Assembly (NCBI GenBank): GCA_050287845.1
Contig: JBNKCR010000007.1
Span: forward strand, 30,930 to 94,929
Source: Polyangia bacterium
GTDB taxonomy: Bacteria > Myxococcota_A > Polyangia > JAAYKL01
Direction: 5' to 3'
DNA: 64,000 nt
A program made the translations under genes and the position numbers. Shown piece by piece: positions 62,825 to 64,000 of this stretch; the first letter of the stretch is position 1, and the number at the start of each line of letters is the position of its first letter. The notes under the pieces were generated by a model. That model saw nothing but the letters and a program-made list of their open reading frames with translations, did not search any database and was not told the DNA's origin.

Positions 62825-63471
62825 TTCATTGCCCCCTTTGTACGAACAGGTCGAAGCAACGCTTCCTGAACCGTCTCAACTGCTCGTTTTGAAATCACAA
62901 GCCTATCATGTTTCAAAAGATCGTAGACATTCAATCCCTCTGGTGGGAGAAACATGGATTCCTTCAAATTCCTTGCACTCAACGCCAAATTGCCATTATC
63001 TTTTGCATCGACAACCATTGACTTGCCGTCGCCAAAATTGCCAAGTATCTCAGAAAGTCTCTTTGTTTTGATTTCCTGCAATTCAAAATTTTCAACCACA
63101 ACCAGACGATCTTCTTTGCAGAAAAGCGATAACGCTGATTTCATTGCGCCACGTCGTACTTTCTTGGGGGGCGAAAAAGCATAGGATCTGGGTTTGGGTC
63201 CAAAAGTCGTACCGCCGCCACGATGATTCGGGGCTTTCAATGACCCTTGTCTTGCCCGGCCAGTTCCCTTCTGTCGAAATGGTTTTTTGCCTCCTCCGAC
63301 GACCTGATATCGTTCTTTGGTGCAGGCAGTTCCGGCTCGCTTCCTGTTGCGCTGCATCCGAACTACTTCATGAAGAAGAAATTCGTTGACTTCTGCAGCG
63401 AAAATTTCGTCGCTAAGACTGATCTCACCGACGTCCTTATTATCCAAATTTTTAACCTTTAAATTCGGCAT
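62821..63471 (-). CDS. rplD: 50S ribosomal protein L4
   Basis: GGGKKP.RQKGTGRARQGS, GG..FGPKPR. Confidence 0.99.
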   Translation of the reverse strand: MPNLKVKNLDNKDVGEISLSDEIFAAEVNEFLLHEVVRMQRNRKRAGTACTKERYQVVGGGKKPFRQKGTGRARQGSLKAPNHRGGGTTFGPKPRSYAFSPPKKVRRGAMKSALSLFCKEDRLVVVENFELQEIKTKRLSEILGNFGDGKSMVVDAKDNGNLALSARNLKESMFLPPEGLNVYDLLKHDRLVISKRAVETVQEALLRPVRTKGAMK

Positions 63472-63501
63472 ACTTCTACTCCGCCATCCAAGGCGCTTAT
63501 T

Positions 63502-63524
63502 GCAAATCCTTTTTCAGGATTTGC
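63502..63524 (-). other. Perfect 9-bp hairpin in the rpsJ-rplD spacer
   Basis: GCAAATCCT-TTTTC-AGGATTTGC on + strand; no U tract follows on the transcribed strand. Confidence 0.6.
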
Positions 63525-63541
63525 CGCACTTGATTTCAGGG

Positions 63542-63847
63542 TTAACTCCTGATCTCCACATCAACACCAGCGCTCAAATCCAGCTTCATCAACGCATCCA
63601 AAGTCTGCTGCGTCGGCTCCACAATGTCAATCAGACGCTTATGAGTGCGAATTTCAAATTGCTCGCGAGACTTTTTGTTCACATGTGGTCCCCTTAAAAC
63701 CGTGTATCTACTGATTCTTGTAGGTAACGGAATCGGGCCAGCCACCGATGCGCCAGTTCTTTTCGCTGTGTCGACGATCTCCGATGAAGATGCATCCAAC
63801 AATTTGTGATCATACGCTTTTAATCTAATTCTGATTTTGTTGGCCAT
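63542..63847 (-). CDS. rpsJ: 30S ribosomal protein S10
   Basis: [29 protein letters not shown]. Confidence 0.99.
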   Translation of the reverse strand: MANKIRIRLKAYDHKLLDASSSEIVDTAKRTGASVAGPIPLPTRISRYTVLRGPHVNKKSREQFEIRTHKRLIDIVEPTQQTLDALMKLDLSAGVDVEIRS

Positions 63848-63861
63848 GTTTGGCTCTCCAA

Positions 63862-64000
63862 TTACTCAATGATTTTCGAGACAACACCAGCGCCAACGGT
63901 TCGGCCACCTTCGCGGATAGCGAAGCGCATTCCATCTTCCATGGCTACTGGGTCAATCAGTGTTACTTCCATCGATACTTTGTCACCGGGCATTACCATT
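63862..64000 (-). CDS. tuf: Elongation factor Tu, 3' end (truncated by window edge)
   Basis: Manual translation [45 protein letters not shown]. Confidence 0.97.
   Translation of the reverse strand, partial: MVMPGDKVSMEVTLIDPVAMEDGMRFAIREGGRTVGAGVVSKIIE

Noticed and set aside
1..64000. tRNA, rRNA, riboswitch, integrase or transposase genes
   Set aside because: None recognised by eye; covariance-model scans would be needed to exclude small RNAs.

Overview
Bacterial chromosomal segment. The gene repertoire (zinc-ribbon/TPR protein, AgmX/PglI-type C-terminal domains, DUF4388-like protein, S55 peptidase plus beta-propeller pair, Asp/Thr-repeat lipoproteins) points to Myxococcota/deltaproteobacteria; this is inference. 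About 1-13 kb: 3' end of metK, a large zinc-ribbon/TPR membrane protein, an Hsp33-like chaperone, envelope proteins, S55 peptidase, patatin and HIT. About 13.7-35 kb is accessory: a deoxyribohydrolase-like/TPR/PGDYG-like putative conflict protein beside a 158-bp palindromic element, polysaccharide-related secreted proteins (PL1 pectate lyase-CBM35, papain-like protease-CBM3, an apparently circularly permuted GH45), an LptD-like gene and an MBOAT/SGNH O-acylation cluster. About 35-50 kb: two paralogous TonB-C-like membrane proteins, prfB with its +1 frameshift, lolC/E-lolD, mutS2, def-fmt. About 50-64 kb: the tuf-S10-spc-alpha ribosomal cluster on the minus strand, lacking rplC and carrying a structured 153-nt rpsS-rplV spacer. 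No rRNA, tRNA, CRISPR array or transposase was recognised. All family calls come from motif recognition by eye, not database searches.
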